Shown here one piece after another: positions 41,767 to 51,225 of a DNA stretch of 64,000 nucleotides. Position numbers and translations under genes: made by a program. The notes below the pieces were generated by a model, which saw only the letters and a list, made by a program, of their open reading frames with translations, was not told the origin of the DNA and searched no databases. Positions within the stretch are counted from its first letter, which is position 1. Each line of letters opens with the position of its first letter. The DNA comes from an uncultured Poribacteria bacterium (lineage in GTDB: Bacteria > Poribacteria > WGA-4E > WGA-3G), in the NCBI GenBank assembly GCA_958296135.2, contig CATQHZ020000001.1, positions 2,656,001-2,720,000 on the forward strand. Reading direction: 5' to 3'.

Positions 41767-42033
41767 TTACAAAACGCGGACTTCTTCCGGAAGCACGCCG
41801 ATGGAGAGAAACACGTGCTTCCAGTCCGCCTGGGACAGATGCTTTTCCAATTCGTCCCAGATAATATCGCCCCGCCTCCAACGATTGTAGCCCGCAAACT
41901 TCCGGCTGACGACGACAATATGAACACTATCATCGCCAGAACCGTTGGAGACATCAACGTAGTCTTTTTCGTCGTTGAAGTATCCATCCTTGAGCGTCTC
42001 GTAAATGCGATGCTTTACCATTTCACAAGCCAT
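41767..42033 (-). CDS. Small BolA-like protein, partner of the HEPN gene
   Basis: VHIVVVSRKFAG...R...IW..L...PEE pattern; GGAGG RBS just after the HEPN stop. Confidence 0.55.
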   Translation of the reverse strand: MACEMVKHRIYETLKDGYFNDEKDYVDVSNGSGDDSVHIVVVSRKFAGYNRWRRGDIIWDELEKHLSQADWKHVFLSIGVLPEEVRVL

Positions 42034-42047
42034 CAATAAATCCTCCG

Positions 42048-42512
42048 CTAGATGTTATTGTCTATCCAGCGCATAACCTTGTCAACAGAATCAATAAACT
42101 CTGTTGCCTCGTCACGGGTCACTTGCCTGGGAGCGTAACGCCAAATTGGTGTCCACTTGTTGACCTTGTTGCTAAACAGACGACGCGTTTCACGATTTTG
42201 CATCAACCTGTCCCAGCCCGGTGCGAGTCTGAGCAAAAATTCCAATTGATGCGTAAAGACGGTACTGGCCTCTGGCAGGATAGCGCGTCGTTGAAGTTCC
42301 TCCTCCAACTCGCGTAAAGTTTGACACCGATAGATATGCATCAATTTTGTTTTTAAGAGGCACTCCACGGCGTAGCCTGCTATATACATCGCGCCCTGCC
42401 ACCGAGAGGCATCCAACAGGGCTCGCGCATCGGCGAAACGGTGCCGACTCGCCCGCGCAAGTTCGCTGATGCCATTGTGCAAATTGTTATTCATCTTTAT
42501 AGGGTACCACAT
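42048..42512 (-). CDS. HEPN domain protein
   Basis: DARALL...AMYIAGYAVECLLK...THQL...WRY. Confidence 0.75.
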   Translation of the reverse strand: MWYPIKMNNNLHNGISELARASRHRFADARALLDASRWQGAMYIAGYAVECLLKTKLMHIYRCQTLRELEEELQRRAILPEASTVFTHQLEFLLRLAPGWDRLMQNRETRRLFSNKVNKWTPIWRYAPRQVTRDEATEFIDSVDKVMRWIDNNI

Positions 42513-42619
42513 TTACACTTGCATTGCAAATTGAATTCTGTTATCATCAAAAGCGTTGAATTCTCCAGAGAAGTTGTCAGGGAAAATGATGCCACACACT
42601 AACGATAATCGAGCAACCG

Positions 42620-44548
42620 ATGGAATTTAAACCTGCTCCACAACAGCGAGCCCTCACATGGCGCGTCGTGCTACTCTTCGCTATCACCGCGCCTATCAAC
42701 TGCTATTTTCTCATCCAGATGGAATTGGTGCGCTATACCTTCCCGACGTGGGTGGTGCCGCTCTCCAACGTCATTTTCATCCTCACCGCAGTGATGCTGA
42801 TTAACGGGGTTATCCGCTTATTGAAAAGCAGCATCGCACTCGGACAAGGCGAACTGCTATTCCTCTATGTGACGCTCAGTCTCGCCACGACGCTAGCCGG
42901 ATGTGATGTCCTGCAAGCCATCTTGTCCGTGCTTGGACACAGCACGTGGTTCGCCACGGAAGAGAACGAATGGCGGACGCTGTTTTGGCACCATCTCCCA
43001 CAATGGCTCACCGTTTCAGATAGAGACGCGTTGCGCGGTTACTACCTCGGCGAGTCTAGTCTGTATCTACCGAAGCACTTGCGGGTATGGGGGCCGGTTG
43101 TTGCAGCGTGGATATTGCTATTCCTCGTCACAGCGTTCATCTTTCTCTGCCTCAATACGATTTTGCGCCGACAGTGGACAGAACGAGAACGCCTCACTTT
43201 CCCTATCATCCAACTGCCGCTCGCAATGGCAAATCCTACCTCCCGCTTCTTTCGGAATAAGCGGATGTGGATAGGGTTCGCAATCGCCGCCGGCATCAGC
43301 CTGTTTAACGGGCTAAGCCATCTTTACCCGGTGATTCCGCACATCCCGGTTACGCGCCGATTCTTCACGTTTCACGAACCGCCGCTTAGCCTCTACGGCA
43401 CGATTATCACAGCCTTCTATCCGTTCGCCATTGGCATCATGTTCCTCATGCCGTTAGATGTGCTGTTCTCAACCACCTTTTTCTATGTCCTCTATCGGAA
43501 CGAGGTCGCATTAGCAAAAGCAGTAGGGTGGCATAGCATCCCGAACTTCCCCTATCTCAACGAACAGACTATCGGCGCGTTTATCGGGTTATGCCTTTTC
43601 TTCGCGTGGACAGGCAAACGCCACTTTCGCGCAGTGTTGAGAAGCGCGCTGGCTTCTCGTGGACAGAGGGCTCACTCGGGAGCCCCCGATGAACCGATGT
43701 CGTATCGGATGGCAGTGTGGGGATTTGTGCTCGGTATCCTGCTGTTCGCATTCTTGCTCTACAAGGCAGGAATGGCGATGTGGCTCGCGCTCGTGTTCGC
43801 CGTGCTGTTCCTCATCACGCCGCTCGTCACGACACGCATCCGCGCAGAATCCGGCATCTTCGTTCACGCTTACCACTGGCAGGCCCCGCGATACATCTTA
43901 AACACCGTGTTAGGCACGCATCGCCTCGGCGCGCGGAACCTCACCGCACTCTCAGTCTGCTTTTTCAACCGAGACTATCGCCCGCAACAGATGCCGCATC
44001 AACTGGAGGCGTTCAAGATTGCCGAAGTCGCGCGCATCTCGCAACGGCGGATGCTCTGGACAATTCTTATTGCAACCGTATTCGGTGCACTCGTCGCCTT
44101 CTGGGTGCAGCTGCATTTCTATTACCAATTCGGCGCAGATTCCGGTTACTTCGGGCCCTGGTCACTCGGCTACGGCCGCGAGTATTTCGGGCGGTTGACG
44201 AATTGGATAACCTACCCACTTGATACAGACTGGATAGGCGTTATCTTCATCGGCATCGGGTTTACGGTGATGATGGCGTTGTCCTATCTGCGCGTGAAAT
44301 TCTTCTGGCTGCCGTTACATCCCCTCGGCTACGTCATGGCAAGCAACCAAGAGATGTCCGATCTCTGGATACCGCTCGTCATCGCCTTGTCGCTCAAATG
44401 GCTAATCTTGCGCCACGGCGGCATCCAGAGTTATCGGCGCATGATTCCGTTCTTTTTAGGGCTCGTCCTCGGCGATTACCTCATGGGCAGTATGTGGAGC
44501 TTGCTGAACGTCCTCTTGAATACGACGATGTATCAGTTTTATCCATAA
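42620..44548 (+). CDS. Polytopic membrane protein (DUF6785/DUF6784-like, putative transporter)
   Basis: Many TM helices; QWTERERLTFP, RIRAESG, WLPLHPLGY. Confidence 0.7.
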   Translation: MEFKPAPQQRALTWRVVLLFAITAPINCYFLIQMELVRYTFPTWVVPLSNVIFILTAVMLINGVIRLLKSSIALGQGELLFLYVTLSLATTLAGCDVLQAILSVLGHSTWFATEENEWRTLFWHHLPQWLTVSDRDALRGYYLGESSLYLPKHLRVWGPVVAAWILLFLVTAFIFLCLNTILRRQWTERERLTFPIIQLPLAMANPTSRFFRNKRMWIGFAIAAGISLFNGLSHLYPVIPHIPVTRRFFTFHEPPLSLYGTIITAFYPFAIGIMFLMPLDVLFSTTFFYVLYRNEVALAKAVGWHSIPNFPYLNEQTIGAFIGLCLFFAWTGKRHFRAVLRSALASRGQRAHSGAPDEPMSYRMAVWGFVLGILLFAFLLYKAGMAMWLALVFAVLFLITPLVTTRIRAESGIFVHAYHWQAPRYILNTVLGTHRLGARNLTALSVCFFNRDYRPQQMPHQLEAFKIAEVARISQRRMLWTILIATVFGALVAFWVQLHFYYQFGADSGYFGPWSLGYGREYFGRLTNWITYPLDTDWIGVIFIGIGFTVMMALSYLRVKFFWLPLHPLGYVMASNQEMSDLWIPLVIALSLKWLILRHGGIQSYRRMIPFFLGLVLGDYLMGSMWSLLNVLLNTTMYQFYP

Positions 44549-44559
44549 GCCCGCCGCGC

Positions 44560-45156
44560 TTACGGCGACACTTCCTGCAGCCGACTATCCACCATTTTAA
44601 AACGTATCTCTACCGCCTTGCTCGGGTCGTACACACCGTAGTCTCCCCGCGCAAGATAGGTGATAGCCACACTGTCGCTGCGAGGCGAAGCCAACGCAGC
44701 CTTTTGGACTCTCACCCGGTCACCTAGGTCAGCTTCACTGACGCTTTTGAGCGTGGCTTTATCCACCGCCGTCAGAAAGAAAAAAGTCCCTGAGCCGCCC
44801 CAATTATAGCCCACCGGCACGAAAAGGTAACGGTTCCCTTCCACAGCGTATTGGCTCAGGAGTGTGTACCGGAATCCGTGGGTTTCACCGCCACCGATAT
44901 CGTACATCCCTTCCCCTGTAAAGGCAGCCCCAACGACAACCTCAATGGGTGTGCCGCTCTCGTCACCGCTCATCTCTGGCACAATCAGCGTGACTTTCGC
45001 CAGCGCATCTTCCAGTGAAGTATTCAATTTCACAAACCCCGCGCCGGTTTTTTGAGTCGCAGTGCGCTGATTGCACCCCGCCGCGAAGACAATCGCAACA
45101 GAGAACAACGAGAACGCGAGGGTTCTCAAAATGCTTTCGACACTTGGACGTAACAT
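44560..45156 (-). CDS. Hypothetical lipoprotein
   Basis: GGAGG RBS; lipobox AAGC; NWGGSGTF, LGDRV. Confidence 0.65.
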   Translation of the reverse strand: MLRPSVESILRTLAFSLFSVAIVFAAGCNQRTATQKTGAGFVKLNTSLEDALAKVTLIVPEMSGDESGTPIEVVVGAAFTGEGMYDIGGGETHGFRYTLLSQYAVEGNRYLFVPVGYNWGGSGTFFFLTAVDKATLKSVSEADLGDRVRVQKAALASPRSDSVAITYLARGDYGVYDPSKAVEIRFKMVDSRLQEVSP

Positions 45157-45308
45157 CTTTTCGTTCCTCCACCCTCTAAAATAGTTGCAAATTACTATTA
45201 TTATTGCATGAACTGTACCGACATGTCAAGGAAAACGCCCGTTCTGCAAAAAACTTGACCTTAAATTCGAAATACGTTAAAATAATACGAAACAGAGGAG
45301 AAAAACTT

Positions 45309-46466
45309 ATGAAAACCTATCGCGTTGCTATTTTAGGCTGCCGCAGCCGCGGCACATCGGCGGCGAAAGCATACCACGCACATCCACGCACAGAAATCGT
45401 CGCACTCTGTGATCTGGTGCAAGAACGTTTAGCCGCGCTCGGCAACATCGTGAACGTCTCCGCACATTTCACCGATTTAGATGAGATGATCCGGCAGACT
45501 TCTCCAGACATCGTCGCCATTCCGACAGCAACAGACGCGCACTACCCGCTCGCTATGCGCGTGCTAGAACACGGCGTGAACATCGAGGTAGAAAAACCTA
45601 TCTGCGGAGATCTGGTTGAAGCGGATGCAGTGCTGGCGAAAGCGAAGGAGAAAAACGCGCGCGTCGTCGTGCATCACCAACGGCGCGTTAGCCCCACGAT
45701 GCAGGCTGTCGCCAAAGTGCTCAACGAAGGCAAGATCGGCGAGCTCCGATATATTTACGCCAGCGGCAAAGGCTATTACGCCGGCTATGGGCTCATGAAC
45801 ATCGGCACGCATGTCATCAACAACATGCTCCGTTTCGGCGGGCATTGCCGAAGCGTTGTAACACAAGCGACAACCGGCGGACGCACCATCACGCCAGAGG
45901 ATGTGCTTCCCTCACCGAGTGGGATGGGCATCATCGCAGGCGAATACGTCACAGCAACGCTGCAATTCGATGGCCATATCACCGGCACGCTTCTCCAACA
46001 CCGGTGCCCGAAAGTGGATAGCGATGCCTATGCGATGGAACTCTACGGCACCGAGGGCCGACTCTTCTGGTCTGAACTGAGAGGCGCATGGCGGTTACCA
46101 ACACCGCATTTTGTGCCAGACGGCACACACGACAGATGGGAAAAACTCGCACCTATCTATCCGGTCCACTTTGAGGCCGCCAGCGGTGCGGATGCAGACG
46201 ACTATTGCGTCGTCGAGGAATATGTCAACGCGCTTGACGAAAACCGAGAGCATGAATGCAGCGGCGAAGAAGGACGACACGTGCTTGAGGTGCTCATGGG
46301 CATTTTCGAGTCAGCTGTCCGCGGCACCCGTGTCGCACTACCTCAGAAAAATCGCGAGCATCCGTTATTGCAGTGGCGCGCCGAAGCCGGTTTGGGGGAC
46401 ATGCCAGAAATGCCCCGCGACTACGGCACATGGCTAGCGAAAGAAACAGAACGCCTGAATTCCTAA
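45309..46466 (+). CDS. Gfo/Idh/MocA oxidoreductase
   Basis: VAILGC, VEKP, GTH; upstream TTGACC-17-TAAAAT promoter. Confidence 0.88.
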   Translation: MKTYRVAILGCRSRGTSAAKAYHAHPRTEIVALCDLVQERLAALGNIVNVSAHFTDLDEMIRQTSPDIVAIPTATDAHYPLAMRVLEHGVNIEVEKPICGDLVEADAVLAKAKEKNARVVVHHQRRVSPTMQAVAKVLNEGKIGELRYIYASGKGYYAGYGLMNIGTHVINNMLRFGGHCRSVVTQATTGGRTITPEDVLPSPSGMGIIAGEYVTATLQFDGHITGTLLQHRCPKVDSDAYAMELYGTEGRLFWSELRGAWRLPTPHFVPDGTHDRWEKLAPIYPVHFEAASGADADDYCVVEEYVNALDENREHECSGEEGRHVLEVLMGIFESAVRGTRVALPQKNREHPLLQWRAEAGLGDMPEMPRDYGTWLAKETERLNS

Positions 46467-46513
46467 GGCAGAACCGGAAATCCACCGGCAAGTATCGCAA
46501 ATAGGAGAAACTT

Positions 46514-47320
46514 ATGCCAAACCCAACGACGAACGCGGACAACTTACCCCCGATGCCGCTGTCAGAGGAACAACGGTATCTCTTTGATACCCGCGGCTGG
46601 CTTCTGATACCGGCGGTGCTGAGTGAAATAGAAATTCAGGAGATGCGCGAGTTCTGTTACCAACTCAAGCAAGAACCATTAGCAATTCCAGAGCACCACC
46701 GTTCTTCAATCGGCGGCCCCTTGGAAACGCTCACCGATCATCCCGTTGTGCTCGGGTTCATGAACGAATTTTTGGCATCCGGATATGCTAACGAGAATTG
46801 CTACGGCTTTCGGTTGGAAGGCACGTTCCTCACGATTCGGGAGAACGGACATGATAACTTCCGGCCTCACGGCGGCCGCGGGATGCTTAACTTTCCCGGC
46901 AATTCACATACGTACCATCTGCATCATGACAAGGCGCACAGCGGGTTGACGCGTGTCGTTTGGGAACTGAATCCCGTGAAAAAAGGCGGCGGCGGCACCA
47001 TGTTCCTCACGGGAAGCCACAAAGGCGCATTCCCCGCACCGAAATCCACAGAGAACCGAGATTCGCCGCTGTGGGAGGACTACACCTGCCCAGCCGGCTC
47101 CGTGCTGATGTTCACGGAGGCGATTACGCATACCGGCGCGAGATGGACAGATGACAAGGCAGATCGCGTCGCAATTTTCCACTGCTACAATACGGTCGGT
47201 AACAAGTGGCACAAGTGGGAACCGCACCCACAGCATATCGCGGAGATGCCGTTTAAACGCCAGACACTCTTCCGACCGGTTTATTGTCAGGACAACGTCC
47301 CAACGCTGGCGGCAGTGTAG
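46514..47320 (+). CDS. PhyH-like dioxygenase
   Basis: YLFDTRGWL, GSHK, PAGSVLMFTEAITH. Confidence 0.75.
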   Translation: MPNPTTNADNLPPMPLSEEQRYLFDTRGWLLIPAVLSEIEIQEMREFCYQLKQEPLAIPEHHRSSIGGPLETLTDHPVVLGFMNEFLASGYANENCYGFRLEGTFLTIRENGHDNFRPHGGRGMLNFPGNSHTYHLHHDKAHSGLTRVVWELNPVKKGGGGTMFLTGSHKGAFPAPKSTENRDSPLWEDYTCPAGSVLMFTEAITHTGARWTDDKADRVAIFHCYNTVGNKWHKWEPHPQHIAEMPFKRQTLFRPVYCQDNVPTLAAV

Positions 47321-47337
47321 GCGCGAACATTTGAAAA

Positions 47338-47567
47338 ATGCCAAAGCGCACCCGGAAGCGGCCCAGTTGGAAACAACTTCGCAATTCGCGCCGAATGATT
47401 CAACAACTCAAACGGAAGGATGGTTTCAGCATCGCATTAAAGGATCTCACTATCAATTCAGACACACCGACAAGCCGGGCACAGTCTCTGTTCCACATCC
47501 AAACAAAGACATAGCGATAGGAACAGTGCGAAGTATCTATGAACAGGCCGAATGGGAGTGGAACTAA
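47338..47567 (+). pseudogene. hicA: HicA toxin with a frameshift
   Basis: N-terminal RNSRRMIQQLK and C-terminal EGW..RIKGSHYQFRH..KPGTVSVPHP.KD lie in different frames; one extra A at 47410-47412 joins them. Confidence 0.75.
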
Positions 47568-47638
47568 AATAACTGATGAGAGCTCTCTACCAAATTGTCC
47601 ACCTTAAGACAAGAGGTTAGAAAATTGGAGTTGGATCC

Positions 47639-48367
47639 ATGAAAACTCTTATGCAATATCCTGTTGTGATTTTCAAAGATCCGGATAGCATCTACGGCAT
47701 CGTTGTCCCAGACTTACCCGGGTGTATTACCGCCGGAAACACCGTCGAGCATGTGCTGACGCAAGCCGTGGAAGCCATTAAATGTCATCTGAGTGGCATC
47801 TTGACTGATGGAGAACCGATTCCGGAACCCAAGGACATCGCCTACCATCAGAACGACCCGGAATATGCCGATGCACTTCAGTGGGACACCGTGACGATAA
47901 CGCTGCCCGAACTCCGCCACTATCCGGTCCTGATATCCCGAAAACGGCGGAAGCACTACCGGCTCATCGTCCCAGACTTGCCCGGCTGTGTCGTGCGCGG
48001 CAAGACAGCACGCAATGCACTCGCGAAAGCAGGACTCGCCATCGAACGCTATATGGAAGCAAGAGTCCTTAAGGACGAAACAATACCCGAACCCAAACCC
48101 CTCGCGCACCATCGCGATAACCCCGCGCAGCCGGCGGGACAATGGGACTCGGTGCCGATTATCGTGCCGGAAATCAAGCATCTCCTCATCGCGCGCCCGG
48201 GACGCATCTCCCGCTTTTTCCGAGGGCTCGGGTTCACACGCTTTCCGTGGGAAGCACGCCCGCACCCCTGGATTCGCGGCGCGCGACCGCCGGAATGGCA
48301 AGAGGACAACACGCAAACAAAAGCGGCAGCGTTGAAAACGACACCGCAATTCGCGCAAACTGATTAA
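47639..48367 (+). CDS. hicB: HicB antitoxin with two tandem HicB domains
   Basis: YPV...VPDLPGC...G.T...L..A..AI...IPEPK occurs twice. Confidence 0.85.
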   Translation: MKTLMQYPVVIFKDPDSIYGIVVPDLPGCITAGNTVEHVLTQAVEAIKCHLSGILTDGEPIPEPKDIAYHQNDPEYADALQWDTVTITLPELRHYPVLISRKRRKHYRLIVPDLPGCVVRGKTARNALAKAGLAIERYMEARVLKDETIPEPKPLAHHRDNPAQPAGQWDSVPIIVPEIKHLLIARPGRISRFFRGLGFTRFPWEARPHPWIRGARPPEWQEDNTQTKAAALKTTPQFAQTD

Positions 48368-48396
48368 ACCGTTAACTTTTATCGGGAGGAAAATTG

Positions 48397-49533
48397 ATGA
48401 AAATTACTAACGTCAAATCATTTGTATCGGCATCCGGACATTTCTTCGTCAAGGTAGAAACGGATGCCGGCATTTACGGAGTCGGTGAGGGCGGCCTAAG
48501 ACGACGCGCCCTCGCCCTCGCCGAAGTTGTCCGCTCGTTTGAACCATTCCTCATCGGCGCAGATCCCTTTCGGATCGAGCAACTATGGCAAGTCATGTTC
48601 CGCGGCGGCTTCTTCCCCGGCGGGGTTGTCCAATCCGCCGCTGTCAGTGCTGTCGATATCGCACTCTGGGACATCAAAGGCAAGGCTCTGAACGTCCCAG
48701 TCTATGAACTCCTCGGCGGCCGGACGCGCGACAAAGTCGTCTGCTATCCGCACAACGGCGGTGGCACAATCGAGGCACTCGTTGAAAGTTGCCGCAACAC
48801 TCATGCAGCTGGCTGGAAATTCGTCCGATGGGGCCTCGCCGATGACACCGGTGCCACAGGCAACTTTGAACCGCGACGCGCCGTGCAGCACGGACTCGCG
48901 CAGGCGCAAGCAGTACGGCAAGCACTCGGCGACGATGTGGAGATACTCATCGACGTGCATACGCGCCTCGACCCGGCGGATAGCCTCGAATTTTGCAACA
49001 AGGTGGAGCCTTACCACCCCTTTTTCATCGAAGACCCGCTCCGCAGCGAAAACCCTGCCAGCCTCAGGCGCATCCGACAGCAAACCTCGGTCCCGATTGC
49101 CGTCGGCGAACAATTTGACAGCAAATGGGCATTCCGAGAGGTAATTGAGGCAGACCTGCTGGATTACTGCCGCGTCGACGTGTGCATCGTCGGTGGGTTG
49201 ACAGAGGCGAAGAAAGTTGCGGGATGGTGCGAGACGCACTACATCCACCTCGCACCGCACAACCCGTTAGGACCGGTCTCCGCCGCGGCGTGCCTGCATC
49301 TCTGTCTGTCATCCTCACTCGTCGGCGTGCAGGAATTGCCGCGCGCACCGATGTCCGATCTCACCGATGTCTTCCCAGTGCAAGTACCGTTTGAATCGGG
49401 ACATCTCTTGCCGCCCGAAGTCCCCGGACTCGGCATTGAATTCAACGAAGACGCACTCACGAACGTCACAACCCAAGAATATGGACCGCCGCACGGCTAT
49501 CAACGCGACGACGGTGCCTATACCAATTGGTAG
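48397..49533 (+). CDS. Galactonate dehydratase-like enolase superfamily enzyme
   Basis: DIALWDIKGK, DVHTR, EDP, GE, APHNPLGP. Confidence 0.88.
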   Translation: MKITNVKSFVSASGHFFVKVETDAGIYGVGEGGLRRRALALAEVVRSFEPFLIGADPFRIEQLWQVMFRGGFFPGGVVQSAAVSAVDIALWDIKGKALNVPVYELLGGRTRDKVVCYPHNGGGTIEALVESCRNTHAAGWKFVRWGLADDTGATGNFEPRRAVQHGLAQAQAVRQALGDDVEILIDVHTRLDPADSLEFCNKVEPYHPFFIEDPLRSENPASLRRIRQQTSVPIAVGEQFDSKWAFREVIEADLLDYCRVDVCIVGGLTEAKKVAGWCETHYIHLAPHNPLGPVSAAACLHLCLSSSLVGVQELPRAPMSDLTDVFPVQVPFESGHLLPPEVPGLGIEFNEDALTNVTTQEYGPPHGYQRDDGAYTNW

Positions 49534-49550
49534 AACTTAGCACATGTTTT

Positions 49551-49685
49551 GTAGGAGGGACCTCCCGGTCCCGAAGGAGAACCTGCTCGGCGTTCAATCT
49601 GTGTAGGAGGGACCTCCCGGTCCCGAAGGAGAACCTGCTCAGCATTCAATCTGTGTAGGAGGGACCTCCCGGTCCCGAAGGAGAA
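49551..49685 (+). repeat. 52-bp tandem repeat containing a GTAG-REP (2.6 copies)
   Basis: Units start at 49551, 49603 and 49655. Confidence 0.9.
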
Positions 49686-49691
49686 ACTTTT

Positions 49692-50882
49692 ATGACAACC
49701 GCTGAAATTAAAACGATGGCGACAGAATACATTATTAACACCTACGGCGACAGAAACCTCGCCTTCGTCAAAGGCGAGGGACCTTATCTCTGGGATGCCG
49801 AAGGCAAGCAGTATCTTGACTTCCTCGGCGGGCTCGCTGTCAACGGACTCGGGCACTGCCATCCGAATGTCGTCGCCGCCATTCAGGAGCAGGCAGGCAA
49901 ACTGCTGCATACCTCTAACCTCTACTACATCCAACCGCAGGCAGAATTGGCGAAAATGTTGGTAGAGAATTCCGACATGGACCAGGCATTTTTCTGCAAC
50001 AGCGGCGCAGAGGCGAACGAAGCAGCCATTAAACTGGCGCGCAAGTTCACCAAAGACAGCGGCCGGCCGGATGCCTACGAAATCATCACGATGGACGATT
50101 CGTTCCACGGACGAACGATGGCAACCATCACCGCCACGGCGCAGACAAAATACCACGTCGGGTTTGAACCGATGCTGGAAGGCTTCACCTACGTGCCGTT
50201 TGATGATTTGCCTGCAACCGAAGCCGCCATCAACGAGCAGACCTGCGCGATTTTGGTAGAACCAATTCAATCCGAAGGCGGAGTCAACATCCCTAGCGAC
50301 GGCTACCTGCAGGGACTCCGCGCGCTGTGCGACAAACACAACCTGCTCCTCATTTTCGACGAGGTGCAAACGGCGATGGGGCGGCTCGGCACCTTCTTCG
50401 GCTATCAGAGTTACGGCGTTGTCCCCGATGTCATCACAATGGCGAAGGCACTCGGCAGCGGTGTGCCTATCGGTGCGATGCTCGCGAAGCGTGAGATAGC
50501 AGCGAGTTTCGTCCCCGGCACGCACGCGGCGACGTTCGGCGGAAACCCGCTCGTCACAGCAGCGGCCCGCGCAACCGTGAAAACTATCTTAGACGAAAAT
50601 CTCGCCGTGAACGCCGTTAAGATGGGGAATTATCTCGCCGGCGGGTTGATGGAACTCAAGGGCAAATATCCTATCAAAGAGGTGCGCGGGAAGGGCCTGC
50701 TCCGCGGGCTCGTGATGGATGTCGATGCCAAACCACTCGCCGCGAAGTGCATCGAAAACGGGCTCGTCACCATCTGCACCAACGATTATGTGCTCCGGTT
50801 TTTACCGCCGCTCAATATCAACACGGGACACGTTGAGGAGGCGGTGAACATCGTCGAAAAATCGATGGGCGAGGTTTTTTGA
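49692..50882 (+). CDS. argD: Acetylornithine aminotransferase
   Basis: HTSNLY, NSGAEANEAAIKLARK, SFHGRT, DEVQT, HAATFGGNP. Confidence 0.9.
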   Translation: MTTAEIKTMATEYIINTYGDRNLAFVKGEGPYLWDAEGKQYLDFLGGLAVNGLGHCHPNVVAAIQEQAGKLLHTSNLYYIQPQAELAKMLVENSDMDQAFFCNSGAEANEAAIKLARKFTKDSGRPDAYEIITMDDSFHGRTMATITATAQTKYHVGFEPMLEGFTYVPFDDLPATEAAINEQTCAILVEPIQSEGGVNIPSDGYLQGLRALCDKHNLLLIFDEVQTAMGRLGTFFGYQSYGVVPDVITMAKALGSGVPIGAMLAKREIAASFVPGTHAATFGGNPLVTAAARATVKTILDENLAVNAVKMGNYLAGGLMELKGKYPIKEVRGKGLLRGLVMDVDAKPLAAKCIENGLVTICTNDYVLRFLPPLNINTGHVEEAVNIVEKSMGEVF

Positions 50883-50889
50883 CTGCAGA

Positions 50890-51075
50890 TGGCCCTTTCG
50901 GCCGCAGCGCGAAGACCTGGCCCTAGATGCCCCTTACGTCCGTAGCGCGAGGGCCTGTCCCTCGCAAAGCATTGACTGTAGAAAACAGCGGGCAGCGCGA
51001 GGGCCTGTCCCTCGCCATGCATCAAGCAGCCACAATACCGTAGCGCGAGGACCTGGCCCCCGCGCTACGGGCCAC
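50890..51075. repeat. REP cluster GTAGCGCGAGGGCCTGTCCCTCGC
   Basis: Copies near 50942, 50993 and 51040. Confidence 0.7.
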
Positions 51076-51103
51076 ACAGCAGTTCTTATATTCACGATGT
51101 CAC

Positions 51104-51133
51104 TTGACTCAACATCCGCTTATTCTGTATAAT
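51104..51133 (+). promoter_or_regulatory. Sigma70-type promoter of the methyltransferase gene
   Basis: TTGACT-18 bp-TATAAT. Confidence 0.55.
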
Positions 51134-51225
51134 GTGAAAAACCTTAAAGAAGCGTCAAGACAGTCTAGTCATTCACACCCACTGAAACCCAGAAGCCCTA
51201 ACCAAACGCTTCGAGAAAAACAAAA

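Noticed and set aside
43655-43690. Further in-frame REP insert in the membrane protein (GGGCTC...GAGCCC)
   Set aside because: The hairpin is short and has no clear GTAG foot, so it cannot be distinguished from chance.
47151-47567. 138-aa ORF as an intact HicA
   Set aside because: Its N-terminal part overlaps the PhyH gene out of frame, and the HicA-like N-terminus lies in another frame.
21160-50525. Long alternative ORFs such as 21160-22107 (+), 32428-33435 (-) and 49518-50525 (-)
   Set aside because: They lie antisense to well-supported genes in GC-rich DNA and show no recognisable motifs.
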